The position numbers were made by a program, and so were the translations under genes. From Marsupella aquatica (lineage: Eukaryota; Plantae; Marchantiophyta): DNA of 64,000 nt. Position 1 is the stretch's first letter. Each line of letters starts with the position of its first letter. Under the pieces are notes generated by a model. The model was given only the letters and a program-made list of their open reading frames with translations, was not told the origin of the DNA and did no database searches. The stretch spans positions 6,151,327-6,215,326 of the forward strand of contig OZ316897.1 in NCBI GenBank assembly GCA_973895155.1, written 5' to 3'. This document shows, in pieces, positions 10,407-23,648 of the stretch.

Positions 10407-13400
10407 TCACTGCAGACTAACACACTCTGATGGCCAGAGCACAAGAGATCCTACTGCATCTGCAATTATTTCCTGAGGTGGATCATCGTCTCTATTCGGA
10501 AATGGCAAATTACAATCAGATACAATCACTGTAGTCAACAACACTACTACATGGTCATCCGGGACCACTTTGCCATGGAATTTTGCATGATCCGGTCGCA
10601 AAATGCCTGTACCCACACATACCTGCGAGTCATCCTCCCATGATAGAAGATTATGGACTGGCTCTGCTGTGGCTATCACCTCCACCTTACCCTGGTTGTT
10701 TTTCTTGGCTTTCCTGGGTGGCTTATACATGACATTATTCATACCTTGGTTGCGAGTCATGACTTTGGCACGAGTGTTTTGTGCTGGTGATCGAGAATTG
10801 GCTACACTCTTCTTCAAAGAATCTGCATCCATATTTGACACTTCTGATTGTGTAGCAGGATTTCCCTGCGACATCATCTCAGTATCTGCCAACATTGTAC
10901 TTGCTTCAATTGAAGCATCTACAATCTTACTTGCATCCAATGTTGCTCCCAAGTTTCGACGTCGCTTCACCCTACTCCCACTTGGTTGAGAGTCTGTCAA
11001 CTCTGCATCAACTTCAATTCAGTGTCATGTCCAACATAAGTCAATCACTCATCACATGTGCTAAATGTACATGTCACCAACCACAAAGTTGTCACTATCT
11101 CCTTACCATTATGAACAGCCTTCTTCCCCTTCTTTGCCATTGCCATATGCTCCATGTCTGCTTCTGTTGATCAATAAACACACCACAATATTCAGGTTGA
11201 ATCTATTAACCACTTAATTGTTGCTCAACATTCATATAGAGGAATTTAAAGCATCAGCTTACCTGATACCTCCTTGGCTATGGTCACTGAGGCACTGGGC
11301 ACATCTTCTTCATTATTGCTCTTTGAATCACCTGATACATCAATCATGATGTCACTTCAGATCCCAGTTCATCCAACCAGTTCTTACAGAATAGATTACC
11401 TCCAATCGGCTTAAGTTTCACAAAACTCCATGCACTTTTCAAATGTAATGTACTGGATCATACCAGGTTACCTGTCTCAGCAACCTTCTTGCCCTTCTGC
11501 TTACTGATTACAGGGTCCTTCTCTGCCTCCACTCTTCCTGCATTCAAACCATTCACTCAATTCATGAAAACTTACTTCTAACATTTGAACATAGGACACA
11601 ATGAACAATGGGCCGGTGTCATTTCCATACCTGTGTCAGATTTGCCAATTCCCTTTTTTGTTAACAAGGGCACACTTTGTACAATGTTGCCCTCATTGTT
11701 TGGTTGGGAACCACCCAATTTTTCAATCACAAGCTTGAAATTAGATTCCACTGATGCAAGAAGGTTCGCTACAGATGCCTCCACAATATCCAAATGATCA
11801 GCCAATTTACTTTCCACTCAAGGGAGTCCACACTCTAATGACTTCAACCGTTCACACATCTCTGTGAGAGTTGTAACAGTTCCCTATCATAACACAGCTT
11901 ACATATCTCAGATAACTGTCCCCAAGAACTGGTTGCTTACTTCCTACTACATTTCTTTCTGATGCTCAAGGCCAAATAGTCACAGAACATACAGAATTAC
12001 AACATAATCACCTGTTTGGAAGTCACACTTGTCACCTCACTCCTTTGTTTCATGAACTCCTCTCTCACTTCTTGTGCTGATGGTTCTTCACCTGTCAATT
12101 TCTTCTGCAGTCCACATCAACATACATATGAATGAAACCAAGTGTTGATTGTCAATGAAAATGTAATAATGGTAGCAAGATGATAAGTTTGAGGCTTACT
12201 ATCAGGCATGTCACTGCCTTACCAATTGTTCTTTCACTGGAGCATAACTTCCTCTCCCAGCCTGTGAAAGGTGTTTCACTTTGCCTCGAGCATTTGACAT
12301 CAGTTCACTCTTGCTCTGTCCAGCCTCCGACATGAACCCTTTGATTAACCGTGTCCATTGATCCAGTTCCAATGATGGGGGTGGTGGCATTCTCCTGTTA
12401 GAACCATTGTCTATCCACATCCTTTTCAACCTATGCCTCTCTTGTTTCAAAATCCTCATTGCATAATCTGATATGCAATCTTCAACTGGGCCCTTACCAT
12501 CATTACCAACATAGTCCCACCGTTCAAGAATGTCCTTGCAGATAGCAGCCCAATCAGCTTTGTTCGGACTCCTAAACTCTGTAATGCTCAAATCTAACCA
12601 ATGCAATACTTCTCCTCTTAGGTCAGAATGCCAACGGTTCTTACCATCACATGTGGGAGTTATCCAACCTTCGGAATTCACTTCTACTTTACCAAATTTG
12701 TTACTGTCTCCTGCCTTGGTACTCCCTGAAGCGCTACTAGGTGTCCCTCCACGGCCTGATCTCCCCCCACGGCCTGGATTGCATTGTCCAAACCTCCCTG
12801 GAGTCCCTGCACATTTACAGAATCCATTTACAGTCACTTACATTAGGTAAGTATGAATCATAAATCCTCCTGCCAAATATACACTGGACTTCAAAGCAAT
12901 TCTGCAATGACCAAGTTACCTCTCCCTTGGCGCATAGATGGTTCTGGACCACCTGTCCTATTGCTTTGTCTTGATGAATTAGGGCCGTTTCTCCCGCCTG
13001 TGAATGATTGTCGTCTATCTGAACGTGGATGGCCTTTGTTGTTTTTGTGATTGTCCCAATCAGAGTCTGCATACCAACAGGTACATGCCACACTCATGGA
13101 CCTGTAAGATAAACTCTTTGCCCTAGCTACACATCAGATAAGTCCATATTGAGCTAAATCTCTACTACCATCACAAAATCACTAGCACAAGGCACTTACT
13201 TGTCCAATCATCCTCCTCACCTTTCCATTGCCCTCTGTACCCGTCTCTACCACGCTCTGGGTGTTCATATTCATCCCATCCATCTTCTGCTCCATCATAG
13301 TCATCATCATAATTATCAGGCGTCCCTTGCCAATAACTCTGGCTCCTTCTAGGGTATGGATTATGTGATTTCTCTCTAGCTGCCCACCTACCTGGGACTT

Positions 13401-13542
13401 GATGAGGGCCCTGTGCATCCTGCACAGGTGCATTTTTCTGTGAGCCCCCTGCATCTGGGTCTCCATCCATATCCAATCTTTCCTCTTCACCCCACTCTCC
13501 AAGCCCCATGTCTGTCTCCATGTCATCACCCTCTTCCCCCAT
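10407..13542 (-). CDS. TnpA-like CACTA protein (Transposase_24 region and C-terminal Tnp1-like domain), multi-exon, integrity uncertain
   Basis: 12211-12837 ...PPPSLELDQWTRLIKGF...KSELMSNARGKVKHLSQAGRGSY; 10407-11000 ...FHGKVVPDDHVVV...LPFP...DAVGSLVLWP. Short GT-AG introns lie between. Confidence 0.8.
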
Positions 13543-13719
13543 AGCTTCTGCACAGCACCCACAACCAAACAGGGAGAATCAGCACACTAAATTCAAAGTA
13601 TCAATCAATTTCATGCATATCCAACTATCCTAAACATCATTCCAGGCAACAATTCCCGTTCTGTGACTCTGTGCAGGTAGTCATCCTCAACCTCATACTT
13701 GCCAATCGCCAGCTGTTGC

Positions 13720-16700
13720 CTATTGCAAATCATCAACCTCATCATATTCCATTTGCCCAGGTTCATCATATGTCTCTCTCAATGTTAAGGGGATGTAGTC
13801 AGTCCCTGCCCGAGTTGGAAGTACAGTCTCATGACTAGGATGCTCGAATGCAGCATGGTCATCCAAACTGAACTCTACTTTACTTCCATCCATCCGCCTG
13901 TTCCGTGCTTGGCTATGGCATACCACCCTCCAGCCATGTGACTCCTCCACATCTGCAAAGAAAGCCTGTTCAACTTGGCTAGGGAAAACAAAAGGCTTAG
14001 GCCATTCTGGTACTCTGGACCTAAAATTGGCCAACAAGAACCCATCATGATCACGCTTCATGGTGGCCCTTGGTCTCTGCCACTCTGATTCCACCCATGA
14101 TCCCTTCATCAATATCACTGGGACACTTGTGTTACCATAATTCAACACCCAAATGTCGGTCAACTCCCCCACGTAACCCATCTTCATCCACCCCCTCTGT
14201 TCTTCAGAGGTTCTCTGCTCAAACACAGAAATCAAACCACAATCATATGATACACAATGGTCACCCTGCTCATCCCTCACTCGATAATGATTTCCATAAG
14301 CTCTCATCCGTTTGTAGGTCAGAATAGACAATCGTGGTGGCACAGATAGAAGATACAAATCCTTCTCCATATCTGGGTGATGTCTACTATGCTCTCGAAT
14401 TGTCACCCGAATCCACTGCTCGAACTATGGGAAGGGATCCTGCTGCCCAGAGTGTGCAGCTTTTTGCATATCATATTCCCTGCAATATGAGGTACAGGCA
14501 TAGTTAGGTCTAAACAACACATGACAACCTAAGATCACCCTTGGAACAGACAAGAAGCATCACAACAAAGGCAAGTCAATTCAATCACTCACCTCCACCA
14601 TGGTTGCATAGGCTCTGTGTTTGCCAGCACATATGATGAGCCTTGTCTCGAATCGCAACAGGCAGCTGAACAACACGTCCCACACCTTCAACAACCTCGC
14701 CACTCACTCCATCATCTTCACCAGATTTCCAAACTCTTGTCATAGCTTCACCAGACCCAGCCATGTACTCTGTTAGGAATCCCAACGTCTCATCCTTAAT
14801 GTACCCTAATGCCATGGAAGCCTCTGGCCTGTAGTATGTTCTCACATGACCTTTCAACAACTTCATGTATCGCTCCATAGGGTACATCCATCTGGTACTG
14901 ACTGGCCCATACTGTCTTCTACCACATGGATTAGGAGATGAGTCATAACATCAAAGAAAGCAGGGGGAAGTATATCTCCAAGTCACAGAGGACATAAGCA
15001 GCATCCTGCTTCAACTGCTCCAATCCTTGGGGATCCCATACTTTCACACATATACGGCGAAATACATTGCACAGTCGAAGAATGACATTACGGACTGGTT
15101 TCTGCATGAGACCTCTGAGGCATAGGGGCAAAATGTGCTGCATCAACACATGGTAGTCATGTGTTTTCATACTGCCAAGTTTATTCTTTGTAATATGCTT
15201 CTTGAAGGCACCAGCATAGCCAGAGGGCACTTTCAGACAGCTCAATCTATACAAGAATGTCTTCCATTCATCCTGTGTGCACACATAGGGAGCTTGGAAC
15301 TTGAGAAGTACATTGGGATTGCTTGCATGGGGCTTCAACCAAAGGTGAGGGCGAATCCCCTTCTGTTGCATATCAGCTCGAACTGCTCCTGTATCTTTCT
15401 CACCCGACAAGAACTTCAGCAAGCTCTCACAAATATTTTTCTCAATGTGCATGACGTCCACATTGTGTTTGCTGGGCTCGAATTCCTGCACTCCACAAAG
15501 CAAAGAATTCAACAACAGAAACACTAATTAACCACATAGGAGGATTGTAACCAACATCAATCCACCATTGCTCCAATCTAAAATTGCAATCATACAGGGG
15601 TTGGAGGCTAAGTACATTACCCTCCAGTACTCCAACTCCAAGTCCATCAAGGTCTGTCTTTTCACACCGTGTTTCACCACTGGATCCTCAGGTTCTCGAT
15701 CAGTGGCACTTCTCTTGTCCCAATCAGCCTTCCTGGCTGCCCACCTCAGGACTTGCTCTCTGGTGACCCTCTGTGGTGGGCCACGAAGCTCTGTTTTGTT
15801 GTTGAAGTGTGCAATTTGAGACCGTGTGTGCCTGTAAGGATGATCAACAGGCAGATACCTTCTATGCCCCTGAAATTTCATACTGTGCAGGGCATGCGAC
15901 CACTCACTTGTCACATTTTTCCCACATGGTGTGCACCCCACATAGCCCTTTGTCACTTGTCCAGATATGATGCCATGGCCTGGGTAATCTGCTATATCCA
16001 GCAAACAAATTGCATGCAGTCTAAAGGGGCTGGGTCGAAGAAGCCCCTTCAGAACATCATGGGTTAACACCCCTTCTATCCACAAAGTCTTCCACTCTTC
16101 CACTGCTGGAGCCAACATGATATCTATGAATTGCTCGGTCACAGAAGCTAGTCCAGGGATTAATAGCACCATCATGACAAAAAACCTCTTTGTAGTCATC
16201 CATGGGGGAAGGTTGTAATTTAGCAGCGTAACCGGCCAACATGAATAACGGTTGTTTTTGTCTCCAAATGGGTTTACTCCATCCAGTGATAGACCAAATC
16301 AAAAGTTCCGCTTCTCTGTAGCAAACTGTGGCCACCTCTCATCAACAAATTTCCAATGGTTGGAATCTCCAATGTGACGCTGCAGGCCATCACTGCTCTT
16401 GTTATTAGGAGTCCATGTCATCAGCTTGGAAATGGCAGGGCATCTAAACAGACGTTGTAGTCTAGGAATGAGAGGAAAATGACGAAGAACCTTGGCAGGA
16501 TGTGTACATTTCCCTACATTCTTGTACCTGTGCTTACCACAATGAGGGCATGTCAATTTATCTGCATGCTCTTTGCGAAAGAGAACACACCCATCAGGGC
16601 ATGCGTCAATAGACACATAGTTCAGCCCAAGGTTAGACATCAATTTCCTAGCCTCGTACATATTTTTTGGAATTGAATTACCATCTGGTAACACATTTCG

Positions 16701-17423
16701 GCGCAGGAAGGTCAACAACTCTGTCACAAATATATTGGGAACATTGTGATTGCCATAGATGTTCAACAACAACACGACAAAACCCAGCTTGGAGCAGTTC
16801 GACCCCTCGTAGATAGGAATGCAAGCTTCTTTGATGTGTTTTGGGCCCCCAAACACCCACTCCCTCTCTGCTGCACCTTCCCCAATGTCAAAGTCAGGTT
16901 CAGCTTGGCCGTCGCCAATGTGTGGCTGCGGTTCATTGTCCTCTTCTGATTCCACTGTGTCGTAAAAAGCATCAAGGTCTTCAAAAATCTCTTGAACCAT
17001 TCTTGGGACATCCATCCCACCGTCCTCAGTGACTGCCTCTGCCTCTCCATCTTGGTCATCCACATTCTCATGTTGGACCCCATGACCATCCTCTGCACAG
17101 TCTATGTCCTGCTCTACGTAGTCTCTACGCCTAGCTGTATTAGAATCCACAAAGTCAACTCTCCACTCTTCATCAGAGGAGTCTTCTTCTGCTGGTACAT
17201 TCCAAACCCTCCACCGAGGGTGCCTTTCATGCCGCAGCAGGTGAAGGTGCACAGTGTTCAAACTCAACGACTTGAATCCTTGGCACTGTGTGCATGGGCA
17301 TCTCATCCTCCTACTCCTACCTTGGGCGGCCCGGGCTTGTTCACGCATCCACAATTTAGAATCATGATGCCTAATCCTAAATGGGTTGTGAAGAGGCAAC
17401 CTTGGAGCCATCACTATACACAC
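13720..17423 (-). pseudogene. TnpD CACTA DDE transposase (transposase-associated Zn domain, Transposase_21, DUF4218, DUF4216), inactivated
   Basis: Motifs CPCTQC, IDACPDGCVLF, LRHFPLIPRLQRLF, DGVNPF, YNLPPW, DYPGHG, DVMHIEKN, MYPMERYM, PFVFPSQVEQAFF. In-frame TGA at 16299-16301 and a frameshift near 14965. Confidence 0.93.
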
Positions 17424-17738
17424 GCACTCAGCACCCTGTCATTTTATTATGCAAGTGAAAAATACACTTCCTGTTAAGGATTTCACCCCCGACTGTACTT
17501 GCCAAAATACGTAACGTTCCAAAAAAACAAAAAAAACAAAAAATATAGGTGCCTGAGTCATGTACCTAGTCTCAAGTGAATGAGACAAAATTCCTAAATG
17601 TTTGAGGGTGTCAACTCCTCCGCTGTCCTCACATGTACTGCCTCTGCACGTACATCCATGACCATATCAGAGTCCAATCATGTATAGTCATAGACACAGG
17701 TGCCAGGTGCAAGACCGGTGTGAGATGTCCTCATCTTA

Positions 17739-18308
17739 CTACCACATCAAATACGGATACCAATCCTGTTGTCGATGCCACTCAGCCCTGAGGTACTCAG
17801 GCATGTACATTAAGTCATCAAGGTCTAAACCCTGCTCATGCCATGGTGGTCTTCGATCCGTGCCTACAAGCAGTGGCAGCAGTGCCCTCCATGGTGCACA
17901 TGTTGCTACCAAGTCCCTCCACTGGGTACTAATTAGTCTATATTTGCAGATATCTTGTGCGCCAGACACCACAAGAACCCTCGGCCAGACATGTGTAAGA
18001 ACTATATCATCTGCCAAATCAGGCAACAAGGAACCACCTACAGCATCGTGCTTGTCTAACTCATCTGCTGAAAAGTAAATGTCCTCTTCCGACTGTGCAT
18101 CCTCATTCACCACAACATTCACAACACATCCAAGGTCTGCAGGCATTATCTCAGATGAAGCTACACTCTGTCTGGTTACCAATCCACACAAGTAAGCCCA
18201 AGCAGTAGCCATGCACGATGCAACCCGTAGGAGGACCCTACATAGGGCCTGACGGTCTGGAAGAGGCAGCATACCCACCAAAGTCTTCAACCAAACAGAG
18301 CCCAGCAA
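17739..18308 (-). CDS. F-box-like protein (CACTA cargo), no recognisable substrate-binding repeats
   Basis: LLPDLADDIVLTHVWPRV...ICKYRLISTQWRDLV matches the plant F-box pattern LLPGLPDDIA...RxVSxxWRxLV. Start codon uncertain. Confidence 0.65.
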   Translation of the reverse strand: MLGSVWLKTLVGMLPLPDRQALCRVLLRVASCMATAWAYLCGLVTRQSVASSEIMPADLGCVVNVVVNEDAQSEEDIYFSADELDKHDAVGGSLLPDLADDIVLTHVWPRVLVVSGAQDICKYRLISTQWRDLVATCAPWRALLPLLVGTDRRPPWHEQGLDLDDLMYMPEYLRAEWHRQQDWYPYLMW

Positions 18309-18448
18309 GTAGATTCACAGTCACACCCCACGCAGTAGGAAACAACAATCACTTCAACTGCGACCAACCATGACAAGATGAGTTAGTTCAAGGATCACAT
18401 TTATTACAAAATTGTGATTTATACAAAAATATGAGGGACTCCTACTCC

Positions 18449-19297
18449 TCACTCTCTCCCACCTTTGCTAAGCATACATCTCCGTTGAATCTTGGAGGGC
18501 CAGGCCTCAAAAATATCAAAGTCCCAAGCTTGCTGTCGCTTCCCTCTAGCTGCTGATTCCAGAAGCCAATCAGGGGAAAGCACCCAAAGATTGTTGTTCA
18601 TGACAAAATCACGCACTATTGTCTTAAAGAATTTTCTGCATATTTTCATGTATGACAGACCTACAACATGAGTGGAGGTTTCTGTTAGACTCTCCTCCAC
18701 TGTCCCACCTAGCTCAACAACTATGGACTTGTACAGTCTGCACTTAGTCTCCCCAATTCCTTCTTCTACAAATACCACACTGAACCCCTTCATAATGGTA
18801 TTTCTCTCCTTGCCATGCTCATTCAATATAGCATCTGCACGCATAGGATGGTGTCCTATGTTGACAACAGGTCCATATTGGACAGAAGCAAAGTTGGGTT
18901 TCTCTGCCGCTGCTTCATAGGCTTCCTTTTTAGCCAAAGCCTCTGCAGTGGCCTCCTCACTCTCCCACAACTCATATTGCTCAGTACTCTGTACACACCT
19001 ATGTTTAACAGAATCGGTCAGCCAAGAGACTTCAACTACTTTTAGACCTTGGTTGGTAATGGCAGAATCAATGAAGGACCATGACCACTTGTTCATCACA
19101 TCCAGCCATGTCCCCGCAACAACATGTGTAGTCTATGGAGTGATGTCCTTGACTTCAGTCCCATGGAACTCTGAGAATCGTTTTTGTACGATTGGCCAAC
19201 TCACTTGGGTGAACCCATAGTGGCCAGGAATCAAAATGGCTTTGATTCCAGCCAACAGAGGCGGGTGGTCAACCTTTGTACGTTTCCTAGAGGCCAT
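18449..19297 (-). pseudogene. Tandem-BRCT protein (CACTA cargo), ~282 aa with one premature stop
   Basis: MASRKRTK (NLS-like)...LLAGIKAILI...FHGTEVKDITP*TTHVV...VVEVSWLTDSV (BRCT1); MKGFSVVFV...LGGTVEESLTETSTHVV...VLSPDWLLESA (BRCT2). TAG at 19133-19135. Confidence 0.8.
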
Positions 19298-19973
19298 GTA
19301 CACACGGGCCACCTAATCACTGCAGACCAGAAGATAATGCGTTCACCTGATAATCGGAGGGCCCTTAAAATGCTGCGTTTATAACTTGGTCCAGTCTAGT
19401 CGTCTGGTGAGTCTCTGCTCCGATTCCAAATGGGAGAAATATTGGGACAAACATACTAGACACCTGCAAGCATGCACCTCATAGTTTGAATATGTGCCTT
19501 CACAATATTGAAGGTGACAAGTGCAATTGTTTTGTGATGCCACATACAGATGTTGTAAATGGGCAGACATTCAATGAGAATACAAAATGTTGGTACACTT
19601 TAAGGGAATTCTCGCAAATTAAATAGCCTTGTAACTTATATGCTCATAATGAGAAGTCCTGATTTAATTTAAGTAGTGTCATGTAAGTCGTGATCAAAAT
19701 GATTGCAGAGTTAAAAAAGTTCCTAGAAGGCTTAAGGGGAGTTTTTGAAGGCATGTACCCAGGAACAAGTATTGAACTTAGGGTACTTGTTGCCTAAGCA
19801 TCCTCTCCTACAAAGGTCCTTCTTCTCAAAATTGGAATGTCTGCAATTTCCAAGGTATCCACATCAGGTGCACTATGCATGTACATTATTCAGGTTCAAA
19901 GCCAAGAAATGTGATCTCTCATGGGAGTGTGCAAAGTAGGATCTATGGCATGGCGATGACAATAGAAGATCCA

Positions 19974-20575
19974 TCAATCAACACCATGTGCAGAGTGATC
20001 ATAGATGTGTCTGTCACAAGCATAGCCTTCTGCTTGACGCTCCTTCAAACAATGAAAGTGCCACATGGTGGGACACCTAACACAGTGGACTATGTCCACC
20101 CAGAAATCTTCATCGTGCTGACCACATGCCTTGCACTTATGAAGTGGGCAAGTTGTGGCAAGATCGGGCAAACATGAAAAACAAAAGAACCTCACACAAT
20201 ATCTGTCAGGGCATTTCCTAACAAGTGGTGGAGCATCAATAGAACCTCATAAGACCCCAACTTCCCACACTGTGCACACTTAGCCTGCTTCTCCAAACAA
20301 TCAGTGCACATCCAGCCTCCCTGGTGTGCTGACGGGAGGCCCACCCCTGGACAGTTGTTTTCTGTAGCAAGGTCAGACTCCGGGTTGAGGTGGAAATGCC
20401 TCATGCAAGGGCCCTCACATATGGCTAAGCCACCACCATCGTCACAAATGGCACAACAATGAGCTGCCTTCTGGAAAATCTGACTTGCGGAGAAGTTACT
20501 ACCATCTGGCCCAACTACACCTGTGTTGCTCACCTCTGTCCCCCGCTTCTTGGCTCGGATTTTAGGGCTTGCCAT
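19974..20575 (-). pseudogene. Stand-alone EDM2/NSD-type composite PHD finger protein (CACTA cargo), ~200 aa with one frameshift
   Basis: CAICDDGGGLAICEGPCMRHFH-x12-CPGVGL...WMCTDCLEKQAKCAQCGKLGS / frameshift ~20245 / RKCPDRYCVRFFCFSC...TCPLHKCKAC...CVRCPTMWHFHCL...ACDRH. Confidence 0.82.
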
Positions 20576-21244
20576 GCCTACGCATGAGACAGATAGTACA
20601 ATTTAGCAGAGTGCACAGACAATACAATTTAGTGCAGTGTACAAAAAGTACAGTGTAGCATATAGACTAGAGTGGCAATTGCTACTGCAATGAAATGTTC
20701 ACACACATGTGCAGAGTAGACATACTTTTTGGTTTGTTGAGCCCACACTAAAAACTGATCCCCTCGTACAATAGCTCCACCTACACCTCAATTTTGTGGT
20801 TATGATTCACCAAAGGAGATCTGCAACAAGATTTAATGCATTTGAATCACATATAACAGTCGTGACATGTAAAATAGGCATTTTTTGAACAGGATTGGTA
20901 TCAAGCAGTGTGATCAGGGTTGTAATTTATACATCCTAAATAGGCTATGATAGTGAATGAGACAAATAAGTTAGGCATAAATCACTTTTTCCAGGTTATC
21001 ACATGGCCCATTAATTCCAGTCTTTGAAAGGAGACTTTTAAGTGAGCTTGCTAGCCTCTTAAATTAGGATATTGTACTTAGTGCAGCCATAATAGGATAA
21101 GTTATGTACTGTTGACCCTAAACCCTGGACCCAAAATTGGTCATAATTCAAAATCTTAAGTAAATATCCTCTCTGTTCAAGTCAAAGTGTTAAGTTATAG
21201 GTCAATGGTGTCTGGTTTGTGCATGCGGTGTGACAAGTGGTCCT

Positions 21245-21694
21245 CTAGAGCGTGTGATCCAAACATGTGTAGACACCAAAGTGACCGGTGGTGGGGTCTG
21301 GGAGGGCAGGACAAGTGACATCGCCAGGCACACTGCAGGATGGCGAGTGGTTCCAGATGATACATTGTGCTCTATGAAAAAACCGACATCCAAGAGAACG
21401 GTCATCCAACTCTAGGCCAGAAGCCCTACAGGCAGGACAGTCATATTGGCAACTATGCACACACCCTTGGGCCCTAATTTGTGGCGGGTCATGTACAAGA
21501 GACAGAAATACCAAGGATGTTGGGAAGGGTGGAGAAGCAGGTACAGGCCGGCTGTAGTTGTTCCTGGCAACAACTGGGTACTCAAAGTACCATGCAGACT
21601 GGGCTGGAAGGATCCCAAGTCTGACATACTCAAGGCGCAACATCTCTGCCTTGCGTGCAAGCCGCACATGTTCAGCGTTGCGGGTCCTCACCAT
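21245..21694 (-). CDS. Cys/His-rich hypothetical protein (possible CACTA cargo)
   Basis: 149-aa ATG ORF co-oriented with the other cargo genes. C/H clusters CVHSCQYDCPAC, CRFFHRAQC, TCLDH. No family recognised. Confidence 0.35.
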   Translation of the reverse strand: MVRTRNAEHVRLARKAEMLRLEYVRLGILPAQSAWYFEYPVVARNNYSRPVPASPPFPTSLVFLSLVHDPPQIRAQGCVHSCQYDCPACRASGLELDDRSLGCRFFHRAQCIIWNHSPSCSVPGDVTCPALPDPTTGHFGVYTCLDHTL

Positions 21695-23648
21695 AAGTGT
21701 TGCTTTTGTGGAGATGTCGTGTGTTCACGTCCTCTGATAAGCACCTTCGATCAGCAAGGTGAGCAGGAGCTGTACTTGCCTCACCAACAGCAACCAACCT
21801 TAAATTATCAGTTCCCACTCACTGTGTCATTCCATTGGTTCCAGCTAGGGGTCACAGTGTAAACATAGCATGAAACACTCCTAATCAACTTGCTTACAAA
21901 CTACAATATCCAGAAAGAGTGAAAGTCTCACCCTCCAGTGAGCAGCAGAGAGGTAGTTCACTAGATGTGTTGATGTGCAGTTAAACCTCCACTATTGCTT
22001 ACTTGTGGTGTATGCTGCTCAGAAGAAGACATATTAGTAGCAGCAAATTGCAAATAATGGCCATAAGCAAACCGTGAGAGTTTGCAGAATGCTACGACAA
22101 ATCCATCACAGTAGTGCTCCACAGGAATGAAACCAAGCAAAATTTGGTGACCTCGGCCAATGACAAGGCCAATGTAGTGAACAATCCTTGACCGATCAGG
22201 ATATGGATTGGAATTACAATTAGTCAGCTCTTCTTCTTTGTTTTCTAACTCTGGGGGAAATGAGCATGACCAGGGAATTCTCTGAGAAATAGAAGTGCAC
22301 AGGGAAAATGAAATTGGCTCATTCAGCTGCGCAAGACCGACCATTGCAGCATACTTGGACAGTTGTTCTGCAATACATAAAATACCCTGACTTACATGCA
22401 ATCGATACAATCTGCTTCTGTTGGCTGTCCTACAGCTCATGGCAGTGCCGTTGGGATAGGGTAAGTGAATATTGCCATAGCTGAAGCACATTGAGCTTGT
22501 AGCAAGAAGTGAAGGAGCATGGCCAAAAGCAGAAAAGACAGACAGGTTTTACAAGAAGAAACTAACAACCGCCAATCTGCTCAAATCCGCTGCATAGATC
22601 AAACCCTCCAAACTACACAGCCCTCCTTTGAAAACAATCCAATGTGCTTTGGCTGGTGGATGACAAGGACTGGGAGAAGAGGAAACGTCTGCACAATCAA
22701 TCCAAATGACGGGACACAGAGACCAGGCACAGAGAGGATTTGTGCTTAGACAAAAACCACAAATTGTAGCATGGGCGCCATAGCATTCTAGACAAAGCAC
22801 AAAACATAGAATCTATGAATCTATGACTCATGGACTAACAAAATGATTGGGTAGCATGGCAAAAGGAAAGACAAATTTCAAAATGACAACATGGCCCATT
22901 TCCGCCATTCATTTGACGTTGCTAGGTGTCCGTAAGATGACTGACCCACAGACAATCCCGACAACCTCATCTGACAGACTGCTTTTCTAGTGTGAAGAAA
23001 TACATGATTACAAGCAACACCACGCCTCATCCAAGCAGGGAATTGAAAACATAACCATGTCATTCCTGTATTGGACAGTGTCCTCTGCCATTGCACTGCA
23101 TAGTTGTTATTCCATGTTGGTTGTCAACAGTTTGTTGGCTTGCCACAGCCTAGATAGAACAATAAAATACTGTATATGAATACAACAAGAAAAATCTGCA
23201 TACAGCGATGGCCTGGTCACTTGAGGAAAAAACAAAACTAAGAAGGCAGGCACACTGGCAACCGAGAAAAAAAGCTAGTGGCGTCTCGCGGAGAATCCAG
23301 AATGGTAATGCCCTTGCCCAGAAGCTTGGGAAACAAAAGAGAAAAAAACAAAAACGAGCTACCGACCACCGTCTTGACCAGGCCCGACATCCAAGGTATG
23401 GCTGGAGGCTGTGGTCCCCCCCTTAGTAAAGAAAAGGATGCAAGTCGGAGCACGGGGCACAAGGCATGTTTGGATCCAGGGAGGAGCAAAACAGTAATGT
23501 CAAGCAAGAAGTGTGGAGAGACCAAATTCAGTAAACAAAAATAGGGGAGAACAAACATACATCAGCAGCAGCAGGAAACGAGAAAGTTGATTTGGGAGGG
23601 ATTGTAGGGAGAGAGCTTTCGGTGGGCTCGGCTATGCGTGAAATATCG

